A DNA stretch of 62,239 nucleotides. Source: a virus (Duplodnaviria > Caudoviricetes). The notes beneath the pieces are model-generated. The model had not been told where the DNA came from. It saw only the letters and a program-made list of their open reading frames with translations, and made no database searches. Made by a program: the position numbers and the translations under genes. The stretch covers positions 1-62,239 of IMG/VR virus record IMGVR_UViG_3300030202_000729; one strand, written 5' to 3'. Of this stretch, positions 1 through 12,400 are shown piece by piece. How positions within the stretch are numbered: the first letter of the stretch is position 1; every line of letters starts with the position of its first letter.

Positions 1-173
1 GGATACGTACTTCGTATCTCTTTGTCTATAGCAGGTTGAAGATAATGGTTTACTACCGTTTCTTCGCTTGTTTCTGTGGATACTCTATGAACACCCATTG
101 GATTGAGTCCTGCATCTATGTGCAAGAATTTTAAATCTTTAGAACAAACGACTTTTACGATTTGTCTTTTCAT
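1..173 (-). CDS. hypothetical protein, truncated by window edge
   Basis: ATG at 173 and an open frame to position 1 (MKRQIVKVVCSKDLKFLHIDAG...), read manually; not in the ORF track. Confidence 0.4.
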   Translation of the reverse strand, partial: MKRQIVKVVCSKDLKFLHIDAGLNPMGVHRVSTETSEETVVNHYLQPAIDKEIRSTY

Positions 174-211
174 CACTGCTAAGTTAGGAGGTTACACTAC
201 AATTTCATAAT

Positions 212-403
212 TTACTTTTTAACACTGGTTTCGGTTAGGGTTAGAACGGGCATCGGTTGCTGGCTAAGCATCTGGCATATGTCACTTGAGTCTATGACTC
301 CATTCTCGTTGAAATCAAAGGGAGCTACTTGAGACCCCGGAGTAACGGGGTTGTTGAAATTTACCAACATCAACAAAAAATTCATTATCCATGTACTTGC
401 CAT
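212..403 (-). CDS. small protein with dockerin/EF-hand-like Ca-binding loop
   Basis: 63 aa; FDFNENGVIDSSD fits the DxNxxGxIxxxD loop; same strand as the module. Confidence 0.55.
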   Translation of the reverse strand: MASTWIMNFLLMLVNFNNPVTPGSQVAPFDFNENGVIDSSDICQMLSQQPMPVLTLTETSVKK

Positions 404-425
404 ATTATGTATACGGCATACACAG

Positions 426-441
426 ACAAAAGGTTACCCTT
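426..441 (-). terminator. small hairpin after the giant RNAP gene
   Basis: minus strand AAAAGG-GTAA-CCTTTT just downstream of the stop at 453. Confidence 0.35.
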
Positions 442-452
442 TTTACCGGGGA

Positions 453-3400
453 TTATTTTTCCAAGAACTTTATCTTCTCCTCCGGAGTCAAGGTCGACAT
501 AATACCATCAACGACTGGGAGCACTCGCTTGATCTTGTTTACAATCTTCCTGTCACCTTTCTCAGCAGTACCGGTACGTCTTTGGTAGAAGATATCTTCT
601 TCGTCCCCAACTCCTACTACGTATCCTAGTTCAGCAGCTCCTTGGTCAATAAGCCCAGTCCACTTTCTCAGCAGGTTAGCTGTAGCTGTAGGCGAGTCAA
701 TGATTCTCATCGCTTCTTTTGGATTAAGGAACTGTAGCATCTCTGTATTCAATCGCTTAGCTTGATACGCAAAGAACCTAAGAGCATAGCTGTCGTCATC
801 GTCATCACTCATCATACCGGCCAAAGCTCTACCGATTGCATACGTAGCTAGTATTACAGCAGTCTCAAAGAATGCACGGCGTATGTTCTGCTGGTCTGTC
901 TCTGAGTAATCGCTTATTGCAAACCTGCCCTGAGTAAACATGTTCTTCAGGTAATCAAGTGCTGACAAGTACATACCCCTAGTTACTGAACCCGCTTCTT
1001 GATCCACGTGGTATCCATCCCCATGACCAAATCTTTTACGGAGTTGTGGCTGCAAGTAGTTACGGAACAAAGTCAACACCTTACCTAGGGCTGATCTCTG
1101 GAAGTGTGACTTATCACGTCTACCTTTTATTTGGTTAGTTCTTTTCTGTACAGAGTTAAGCTTAGATACAAATTTAGCTTTGTCAAAGTTAGCAACACGT
1201 GGGTCTACCACAAGGAATCCTTTCTCGTCCATTACTAGAAGATCCCACAGATCAGCGGGCTTACCTTCTTTGTTGTTGATTACCTTACCATTCTTATCCT
1301 TCAGCTTACCCTCCATAGCTTTCATCAAAGCAATCATTCTTACACCAGAGGTCTGATGCTCTACTGCATGCTGCAGTACGAAGAATGAATCGGTAGACAT
1401 AGACTGCTTCATTTTACCACCGGTAATATTTCTACCTGCTCCGTCTGTCATTTCCACAAGTGCATCAAACATTTGCATAGCCTGTCCAAGCTTAGTTGTT
1501 GGGGCCATCTTACCCAGGTCTGCCATTGCTCCTCCTGAAGCTGCGTACTCTGCTATAGCTGATCTGTAGTTAGCGCGAGTAAAGAACTGTCCTGCCCATG
1601 CTTCTTCCCAAGTCATAAGGTTATCAAGAATTGCTTGGTTACCTGCTTGGAGTGTGTTAAACGATAGCGTGTTGAGTGCAGTCAATACAGACACTGATGA
1701 TGCTATCTTGTTTGCTTCACCAAGTCCTTTTATGTATTGCGGTATATCATACATACCATAGAAGTTGGCATCAACAAATGACTGCAGGTGCTTGAAGGTA
1801 TTAGAGTCTATACCCTTACCCTTTCTGTATACCTGAGCATCCCCTGGGGATAGCTTATTAAGAATCTTAGACCCCGTTGCTGGATCAGTTTCCAACACCT
1901 CTCTACGTGCATGTATGTCAAGCATAGTATTTACTAACCCCTGCATTTCAGCTTTAGCTTCAAACATGTTTGTCATGTGGTGGAACTGCATCAAGCTGGC
2001 TGCTATATCACGACTTACATTCTTAGCATCAACTCTGTTGGTGTACAAGATTGGTACACCTTTTTGTACTACCCCATCTACCTCTTGGAATACACCGTAC
2101 TCTATATCCGTAGCCTGTCTAGTCAAACTGTCTACCACTTGATCCTTAACGCCAGCAATAACTCCTTGCTCTTGTACCCTATCTGCACTATCCTTTCTAA
2201 TAGCAGGCATCTGATACGAGAACTTATCCCATGCATTGGTGTACAGATTAGACTTAGTACCCCTAGCCTGGTCAGCGTGGTATCTATTTACTATTGAATC
2301 GTAGTAAGCTTTCTTTGCAGGATCTGCTTGTATTGCTTCCCACTTTTTACTCTTGTATTCATTACTAGGCTTAGCAAGTGCACCTGAATAGGTCTGGTTA
2401 CTCTTGTTCCATCTAGCTTCATTGATCAACTCACCAAGTTCTTGCTTCAGTACTGAGGCTCTGTCCTGATCGAATGCTGACTCTGACCCCTCTAGCTCTG
2501 CTATCTTAGCTTTAAGCTCCTCCTGTCTTTTTATATTTTCATTGTAAAGACTATCAGCATTTTCTACGGGCTGAGTATTCTCTGCATACCAAGCTGCTCT
2601 ATCTCTATAGTACTGTCTTGCTGCAAGAGAACCTTTTCCTGTTTCATCCATAGACCACTGCTTGTATGCTTCACTATTCCTAGCTACAAACTTACCATTG
2701 TCATCTTTTGGCCACCCGTTGTTCTCCTTAAAACTATTCTCAGCATTGGTACGTGCAGTATAGAACTTATTCACGTCATACTCCTGTACCATGAATAACA
2801 ATTTCTGACCTCTAATATTGTTCTCCGTTAAGAAGGGTGCATTAAACTTGGCAACGTTGATACCTCCACCGGCAGACTCTCTAAATGCATCGTATACTTT
2901 TTGGAAATCAAAAATAGTTTTCCTAGTACCTTCATTTGCTTTAGTTACTTGATCAGTATAAGCAAGAGCAAACAACTGTAGGTTTTGTTCAGATGAGTAA
3001 ACGAAAGGATCCATGTAGAATGAGTACCCAGACTTATCTACATGCGCCTGAGTCATCTCTCTTATCAGCTGCTTCCTACCAAGCTTCTTATTGCTTAGCT
3101 GTTCGATTTTAAGATCAAGAAGTGCCTGTAGTCTTTGAGCATCATTAAGTTCTCCTCTACCGTGCTTGACCTGTATCAAGCTGTACTCAGGATCTCTCTT
3201 GTCAATACCACCTATGTCCTTCGTACGCTTAGTTGCAGCAATAACATTGTCAAGCTCTGCATTTACTTCCTCACTGCCGTAGTTAACAAGGGAGTCTGCT
3301 GCAAGTGGTATAGCTATCTTAAGATATTCATTGTCTAGCTCTTGAGCATCTATCAATGCGTCTTGTAGATCTGCAAGGATATCTTTCTTACGCTGCTCTG

Positions 3401-6400
3401 TACCTTCTTCCCCAACCACCTCACGTAGCAATACTTGTGTTTGTCTTACAAGACTACCACCACCATCTACTCCGTCAATAATTCTGCGTACAGCATCAAC
3501 TTGTTGCAGTACTCTTAGAGCTTCCTTCTTACCAACTGGTGCTTCTCTCTGAGATAGATTTCTCAGATCGTTCATCATAGCCTTGGCTCTGTCCACATTG
3601 AGTACGACATACTCTTGGATCTTCATGAATGCATCAATGTCATTCTTGTTCTCCTTCAGACGCTTAATGTTTTTCTTCAGCTCCTTAAGTCTACGTATCT
3701 GCTCGTTGTCTCTTGTAGCTTCAGGTATCATCTCAAGCTGACGTATCTCTGCATTGACGCTAATGGTAGCAGTCTTGTACAGGTTGTCAACTTCGTTCTG
3801 CATATCCCTAGATCGTTGGACCTTTGGATTGAATATACCAGACAACTGCAATCCACGTAGCTCTCCAGCAAACATCTTCTCAGCAAGAACTGAAGCTGCA
3901 TCAGGTTGTACCCCGAACAGCTTACCTATAGCTCTCATGATTCTGTTGATCAGTCTACGGAATGCACTAGGCTTGTTCTTTTCAATCTTAGCTCCTTCAA
4001 TACCTATAGCTGTTACAAGTATCTCCTTGCCCATCTCGAACTCACTCAGGTTGTCACCTGCATACGCATCTTCTACCTGCCTGACTAGATCTGGACGAAG
4101 CTTTCTCATCTGTGCTATGTATCCTTCTACCTGTGACTTAGGTAGCATGTCTACTATGATGTGCCCAAACTCGTGGTAAGCCGTATCGTCTGTCATCTGT
4201 GATGGATCAAACGTAATAACCTCCCCATCAATCTGACCTTTCACCCCTTTTTCCAGGGAGCCTTCTTCTACGATTACATCAATACCTGCATCTGCAAACG
4301 CAGCTTTCAGTTTAGAAATCTTAGCCTTAGGATCTGCATCACGGCTTAAGCTTGCATCAATCTCTCTACTCTTAGTTGCGTTGTTTTGTACGGGCTGTAT
4401 ACTTTCAGGAGCGGCGCTCTTGTTAGGGTACAGTATACTACGGTCGTTGCCTGCCTCGTTTAACATTCCTTCACGTCCCCTTGTTTCAGTTCTGTGGTAG
4501 GTTACTATGTTCTCACCTCCTGCTATTGTATTGGGAGTCTCTACTCTTTGGTATACGTAAGAGTTTCCAAACCCATCGGTACCTACTATATTGAATGGTT
4601 TTCTTTTCAGTATATCTTTAGTAAGCCTAAACTGTTCTAGCACTGGAGATGGGACACCTCGTACTGTAGTAACCACATTGTCTGCTACTGGGAACATATG
4701 CTTTTTACCAAGCTTCATGTGTCCATAGTCCTGCAGGAATCTAGCCTTAAGATCATTCAGTGCTGATGCGGTAGTCTCTACCTTAACCATCTCTTGTGCT
4801 AAGTATTCTCCTGCACCTACTTCTTTCATTACAGAGTTAGGCAGCATCCCAAACATAGAAGTGGGGGACGTTGCAAATCCTGTAGTAGATATTGAGTTGG
4901 TGATAAGGTCTTTGGCAAACTGTCTTATCTCGTTAGTGGTTTGTGCATCATACCCGAAAGACTCTGGTCTATTCAGCATACGCTCCCACTCTCTCTGCAT
5001 CTTGTTTTGCTCAGCCAGTGTTCTACCCTGAGCATTGTTAAACTCTAGGCTGAAGAACTTGTTTTCAGCATTGTACTGAGTCTCCTTAGGAGTAAGCTGC
5101 TTAACAATACTAAGGTTAGCTATCAATGGCAGCTGTCTCATATTACTCAGACCTGCTATGATGTTTTGATCCTTAGACAAGTGCACTATGCTTAGAGTAT
5201 CCTCGTTCAGGTAAGCAGACTCGCTGAGAGGAGACCCCTGCTTAGTAAGCAGGTGATGAGATATTACCCTATTCAAAGCTTTATGCTGCTCTATAGATAA
5301 GAATCCGTTGCCAGTCAGCTCTTTTACAAAGTTTTTAAATCCAGTAACTGACATCTGTGTGCCAATCATACCTGCTCTATTGGCAACTTCCATTGCTGTT
5401 TCCATAGCCGCATGATATGCAGCTTGGTATCTGTACAGATCTCCTGTCAGTACTCCGTCTACAAAAGATGCTCCTCCATAAGAATCAAGCTGTCCTTCTC
5501 TGATAGCCTCTATCTTATCGAAGTATGCCTGGTGTGCAGCAACACTGCCTGCACCATCTATGTTGTCCACAGACACTGCTGAGTATGTAGTCTGCAATGC
5601 ATTCGCTCCTTTGTACAGAGCTACTAACGAATCCTCTATTTCTCTTGTAGGGGTTTCTTCTGTAATATCTAGATTGGCTGTTGTATTCTTGTCTTTATTA
5701 GTTCCAAAGAATCCTGCCTGCTTAGGATTGTTTACATCCTTTCTTTGCATAGCTTCAGTAACCTTCCTTACATGTGGGTTAGTGAGGAACTTGATAGCTT
5801 GCTGTGGTGTAGCACCTATGCTTAGCAAGTATACTGTGAGCGGTGCTGTCTTAGAGTTATCATTGGCTGCGTTCTGCAGTGGATCTTTCACAGAGTCAAC
5901 AGCTGCAGATAGGTATTGCTTAAGGTAGTGGTCAGTAGGTCTGATGATACCGAATACATCTGGGAATGCTGAGTTCTGTTTTATAGCATTCAATTGTTTA
6001 CCATCAACAGTTACAGTCACAGGGCCTGTGATCTCTTGTCCTGTTGACGTCACTATGTTACGTCCAGCTATAGAGTTAGCGTATATGCCACGGAGTGACA
6101 TAGACAACATGTTCTCGTATGCAGCTGTGATATGCGTCATAGGGTTAAACAAGTCAACATCACCACGCTGTTCTTTACTCATACCTATAGCTTCTAGTCC
6201 TGCCTCAATATCTCGGATACCTTCTGGGTCTAGAACTTCCTGTGCGTGAATAGCATCTACAGCAACCGCCTCCATCACATCTAGTATGATGTTGTTTACT
6301 GCATCTGCTGGGTATGTTGAATCAAGTATCTGTGCCGGGTTAGCTTTGAGAGCATTGTAGTCTGGCATGATTCTACCAGTACCGTCCTTCTTTTGTGACG

Positions 6401-9400
6401 GCATCATCAAGAACATCTTGTCAATGTCAAAGTCAGAACCCATAGCTGTGGTGATCTGCGCTGGTACACGGACAGCAGACTGAGCTCCAGACTTGTTGAT
6501 TCTCTTAATCTTAAGAGTTACCATGAATGACTTACTCGCATTTGGTATACGGTATGCAATCATTCTTCTGTTCTCCTCTGCTACATCTGTAGTATCCAAG
6601 TCTACACCTACAGGCAGGTCAAGTCCAAAGGCTTTCATCTGTGCCTCTCCTATCTCTATCTCTGCATGTGTAACAAAGCCATCGTCATTTACATCCAAGA
6701 ACTTAAGCTCTCCTGTTTCTTTATGAGCTCCAAACTCTGCAAACTGAACCATCTCTAGTCCATTTACTTTCTGCTTGTACACGCCTTTGCGGAATGCACT
6801 AAACAATAGACTGTCAAATGTATTCTGGAATCCAGGGTAGCTAAGTGGCAAGCCAAACATTACGTTGCCTGCTTCATCCAACTCTAGCCTCATGCTTTCA
6901 ATAACATTCTCAGGAAGACCTCTTTCTTTGGCCATGTCCAAGAGTCTGTTACGCATAGTAACCATGAACTTGCTGTCTACGATCTGATCTTTGTTCTGCT
7001 CAAAGAACTCACTGGTAAATCCTAATGCGTTTTTAAGTTCGCTAAGATCATTCTGAACCTTACGCTCAATAGCATTGTGGTATATATCCAGCATTGTAGA
7101 GCCCTTGACTTTCGTAGCCTTACCGGTTCCTACGTTAAGAGTATAGCTGTGTGCACGATCAACGTTAGCTATTTGATTCTTCTTAGGCTGCTTACCAAGG
7201 TTTGTCTTGGTCTCTTCTTTGATACCTATGTCCTGTGGGAATCTTAGACCTCTAGTATCTAGGGTTACTACGTGCAGTTCCCCAAACTGGTTGACTCCGT
7301 TGTTGTCAATTGCGTATGGACGTATCTGCCCAAGCTTGGTAGCTGACTCTGTATTGATAACATTAATAGGAGCTTGCCCTGCGTATTGGTCTCTTGCTTC
7401 CATACGAGCAAGCATGTCCTCAAGAATAGGACGTCCTTCTGCAAGGGCCCTATCAAGAACCATGTAGGAGTTCTTATCCGATATAGGTATGTTTATATCA
7501 GAGAGAGTTCCTCCCATGTTATTCATCGTGTCATACTGAGGCTTCATAGGAACAAGTGGACTACGTGTTACATCCCAGGGTTGTCCTGCTTTGTATTCTT
7601 CGTATACCTCTTGATCAACAGGCATCCACTCTCCTTGCCCTTGCCTAATCTTCCTGTAGTGGTCTATGCTAATAAACGCCTGCGCATCTGTTCCGTTGGT
7701 CTCCTTATATTTTTTTACTGCATCCTCTGCAGCTTTCTTAGCATTCTCTGGAGTAGCACCACGACTTATCAATCCCTTCTCAATAGCAGCACCATACTTC
7801 TCTGCAAGTCCATTAAGATCGTCAGGTGTAATGTCTTTTACTGTTGCAGTAGTGAAGGTAGGATCAGCTCCGTATTGTCCTTGAGGAGTTACATTAAGCA
7901 TGCCACCTGGTGTGGTAACAAGGTTGGCTCTTTTGATAAATGTTCTTCCGTCCTGAGTCCAGTTGGTTGTACCATTGCGCAGCATCTGGTTAGACATTTT
8001 CTTACCTAGTACATCAGTCAAAATAAAGTCATCCAAAAAGTTGTCTAGGTTACCATAGTTAGAGAATATATCTGCACCGAGCTTTGACTTAAGAAGTCCT
8101 TCTAGATTTGGATTAGATTCTTTTATCTCTCCCTTCATTGTAGCTAGAGCATCACTCACATCTTTACCCAGCCTCTCTAGTATCTCAGCATCTATAGGAT
8201 CTTTTGTTTCCAAGTGATCGTAGATGGCTTGAGCTGTCTTCTCGTCGTACTTTAACCCAGGAAGGTTCATCCTTTTGAACCAATCCTTAGTATGGTAGCC
8301 CTCTATAAGTGGGTCGTTATTCTTCTTTGCTTTGTCTATGTACAGCTGTGCTTTGTATGCTCTGTGCATGTCAAGCATGATCTCGTTTTTGATAAGAGAT
8401 GTAGCCGTATCACCACTAAGTCCAAGCGCTTGAAGACCTTGTCTATTTCTGGTAGATACCTTAGGGAAGGTATGAAAGCTCATACGCTTTCTATCTGCCT
8501 GTGTGGTCAGTGCTACGTTAGATGTATTCTGTCCTGCATTGTGAAACTGTGATAGAACAACAACCATTACGTCTTCCTGGCTTAGCTCATCGTATGCTTT
8601 GTTCTGTTCTCCTTTTAGTATTCCAAGGTCTTTAAACTTGAACTTAGCTTTGAACTTAGGAGAGGTGAGAAGCTTTCCACTCATACCTACAACTTGTCCT
8701 TTGACGCTGACACCGTCGGTGCCCAACATATCTACCGCTTGAGTTCCATCCTTTATTCTGTTCTGCAGATTGTTTATCTCTGTACGAGCATTGATTGGGT
8801 AGATAAGCTTACCACCCATGTTGAATGAGGTAGCAGGAGCTGATTCAAAAGGTTCTACTAGGTCCCTTATGACTCTATTGATAGTTGTGCCCTCACTTTC
8901 GAAGATGTTTTCTTTCACCCCTTCACTTGACAACCTAGTAGCCATAGCTGTAAGCTGTGTTCTAGGAGCGCTAATAAGTCTAGATATATCCACCTTACCA
9001 CTAAGCACCTGAGACCTTACACGTTCTCTCGCTTCTTCTCTAGTAGGAGCTATACTCATACCCATGTCCATCAGGAGATCGGCGAGTGTATTAGCATTCT
9101 CTGCAGTGTTTGTACTGTCCTTCTTAAGCTTGGATATGCCTTCCTTTATAGTAGCTGCTTTTTCTTTACTGACACTTAGTACGTCATTGCCTAATGTATC
9201 TTGGGTAACCGTGTACAAGTTTTGATTTGCCTCAGACTTCCACTTCTTTTTAAAGAAAGATGTAGTGCTCTGCGAGTTGGCGTCAAAAGTTCTAGCGGAT
9301 CTTTCAGCTGTTTCAGTACTAAGAGCAGGGTCTATTATTACAAACTCAGTCAGTCCTAAGCTTCCAAAGTTGCTGAACAACAATGATTTTTGCTGATCAT

Positions 9401-12400
9401 TAAGAGAGCTAACGAACTGTGCTACTCCTGCAACTGGATGTGAAGAAGGTAGCTGTCTAAGCTTTTCTACCATCTCAACGCTGTTCTTAGAGTTGTAGGT
9501 AGCACCAAGCACTGCAGCATATATATCTGCTACAGGTACAAACGTATCATATCCAAACACTCCTGTGTTCTTAACGTCTGTGGATACAGGAATCCTACCA
9601 AGCAATCTCTTTACTTTCTCAGTCAGCTTATCGTACGGGTTCTCTTCTAGTCTACCCTTGTTGTATATCCGTTGGTATACTACACCTGCATCTTCTACAA
9701 GTATGTTGGTACCGCTCTTCTCTCGTACTGTATACCCAAACTCTTCAAGCCTGTCCAATACATCAGCTCGCATACCACGGTCTTGCTCCATGCCAGTAGC
9801 GTCGTATGTGCTAAACCACGTATCGTATACCTCTTGTAGATATGCTTTTCTTTGTGGGTCTTCTGTTTTAGCCGCTTCGTCTCTGAACCACTCAGCAATC
9901 ATAGATCCTTCACCTGCTGTGCCTTCTGTAGATTCAGGGTTTCCAAACAACATACCAGCATCTAACGGTTGGTTTTGTTCTACAAGTGCCTTAATTGTAT
10001 TAAGCGTCTTAGCTACTCCTACATCTCTAGCCTCTTCAAATACTCTAGCATTACCAACTCTGTCTAGTGCAGAGAGCTTTGTTTCTACTTGTGGTGCGGG
10101 CTCTGTTTCAATAGGATCACCTTCTACTATAGTAGGCAGTACTTCTATATCTGCTTCCTCTGTTGTCTCAGCTGGTACTGCGTCTTCTTCTATTGGTGCT
10201 GCAGGAGTCTCTTCGTTTACTGCTTCTCTGGTAGCTTCTTCAAGCTTACCATCAGTAGCATTGTACTCCATGGATATACCAGGGTCGTTAAAAAACTGAC
10301 CGTAGGTGCTGTCCATAGCTTTAAAGTCTACGGCCAAAGGACCTACTAGGCCATCGTTGTCCATGATTTTTGGATCAGACAAGTAGTCCAAGTAGCTATC
10401 GTATATAGTGCTGTTGTCTAGAGGTGATACAAACTGTCCCTCTTGGTTAACACTTTGAACACTTATTTGGAACTTGGATTCTCCCAGTCTTTGCTCAATC
10501 AGACTTCTTACACCAGCTGTGTCTAGACCCTGTAAGAACGTAACATCGTACAAGTCCTCGGCTTCTTCAGATACAGCTTCAAAGTTACCGTTGTCGTCAA
10601 ACGAACCTATCGTGTAGTTTATGTTCTCATCTGCAGACTTTGCAAATTGATCAGAGTATACACGATATACCATTTTATTCTCTGCCGTTACAAGCATATA
10701 GTTGTTGTCATTGGTGTCTCTACCAACTTGTAACTTACCTCCTAGTCCTAACAGATCTTTAAGTCTGGTTATAGAGTCAGCATCGTTATTTTGCAAGAGG
10801 CTTCTAGCCTGTTGCATTGCCTTTTTACTATTTTTTAGATCTCTAGTACTCGTAGTCAGTGCTCGATATTTACCGTTTGGTTGTTTTACCAACATGTAAA
10901 CCATACCAGGCTCGAAGGTTTCACCATTTATATTAGAGGCTAGCTCTTCTACTGGAAATGGATCTATCTTTCCGTCCTCTGTAATATTACCGGTATCCAT
11001 GTAGAACTCTCCCCTCTTGGTACCTCTAAGAATACCTATGATAGGCTCCTGATCAGCTTTTTCAAAAGCCTCATTTACAGATACAAACTTCTGATTACCT
11101 TGCTCATCAACCATGTTGTTTGGGTTGCCAAACTTTCTACCGGTAATCTCAGCTGTAACTTTTTCTCCTTTCTGCAGCTTTGCTAAAATCCTATTATAAT
11201 CAGGAGATCTAACATACTCGTCATTTCTTACATGTCCTATGTAGTCGTTACCAACCTTAATGGCAATGGTAGTGCCATTCTTCAGAAGTTCAAATGTAGC
11301 TGTCTTTCCTTCTAGACCAGGTCGGAATAAAGGTTCTCTGTTAAGTAAAACTCCATTTTCTTCGAACAACTTCTCGTCAAACTCTATTCTACCCTTAGTA
11401 GGATTGTTCTGGTCGTTTACTACAATTGTATACTTACCAGATCCTTTGGTTCTATCCATAGTAAAGTCACCAGCATTAATAACAACGCCTGCTTTCTCTT
11501 GAGAGTTGTCATTGCCCTGTTCTGCTTGAGCCGCAGATACTTCTGCGTCTGCAGCACGTTCGTCTGCATCCTTTTGAGCTTGGGCTGCTTCTGTTGCTTC
11601 TGCAGTCATCTCTGCTGCTTCTGCATCAGCTGCTCTTTCTTGTGACTGTGTCAAGTCCGTTGCTTCCCCTCTAACCGGTTCTAGTCTTGCTGTTGTTCTT
11701 CCTTCTTCCTTGGCTTTTTTAACCTCATCCTGCATAATTGATTTACGTACAGGGTCTTCTTCCTCTTTGAGAAGTTCTTCTATTGCAGCTGGAGTCATTG
11801 CCCCAACCTCTTGCCTCATCTTAGCCTCAGCTTCGTGTCGTTCACGCTTGATCTGTGCTATCTCTTCTTGCATAGCAGGAGACGCATTGGTTGTATCTAC
11901 GTCAGCAAGATCAGATTCTTTTACAGTCTCATTGATATCCTCTCTAATAGCTTGGTCTACCTTGTCTTGCTTTGCTTGTTCCGCTCTAGCTTTTTGTCTT
12001 TGCAGATACGCCTCCCTCATTTCAGGAACTGCACTAAGATTATTAAGAGCTCCTACTGCTTTCTTTCTGTCGCTAGCGAGCAGGATCAAGTCATCCATCT
12101 TCTCTTTAAGCTCTTGAGCAGCAACACCCCCTTCATTAACTGTTACTCTCTGTAAAGCATCATTTAGCTTTTCTCTAGTCTGTTCATCTAGTATAGGCGA
12201 CTCTACTGGCAATGATCTGTCTTCTACGTCTAATGTGCCCTCTACAGTTTGTATAGCCTCACGCACACTAGCTGCAGTAATACCAGCTTCAGGATCAGCT
12301 TTATTTATTTCTGCAACAAGATTATCTATTCTACCATCTATGTTCTTAAGACTGGATGTGTTGTTAAACAACATTCTTTTGTAAAAAGTCTCATCAGCAA

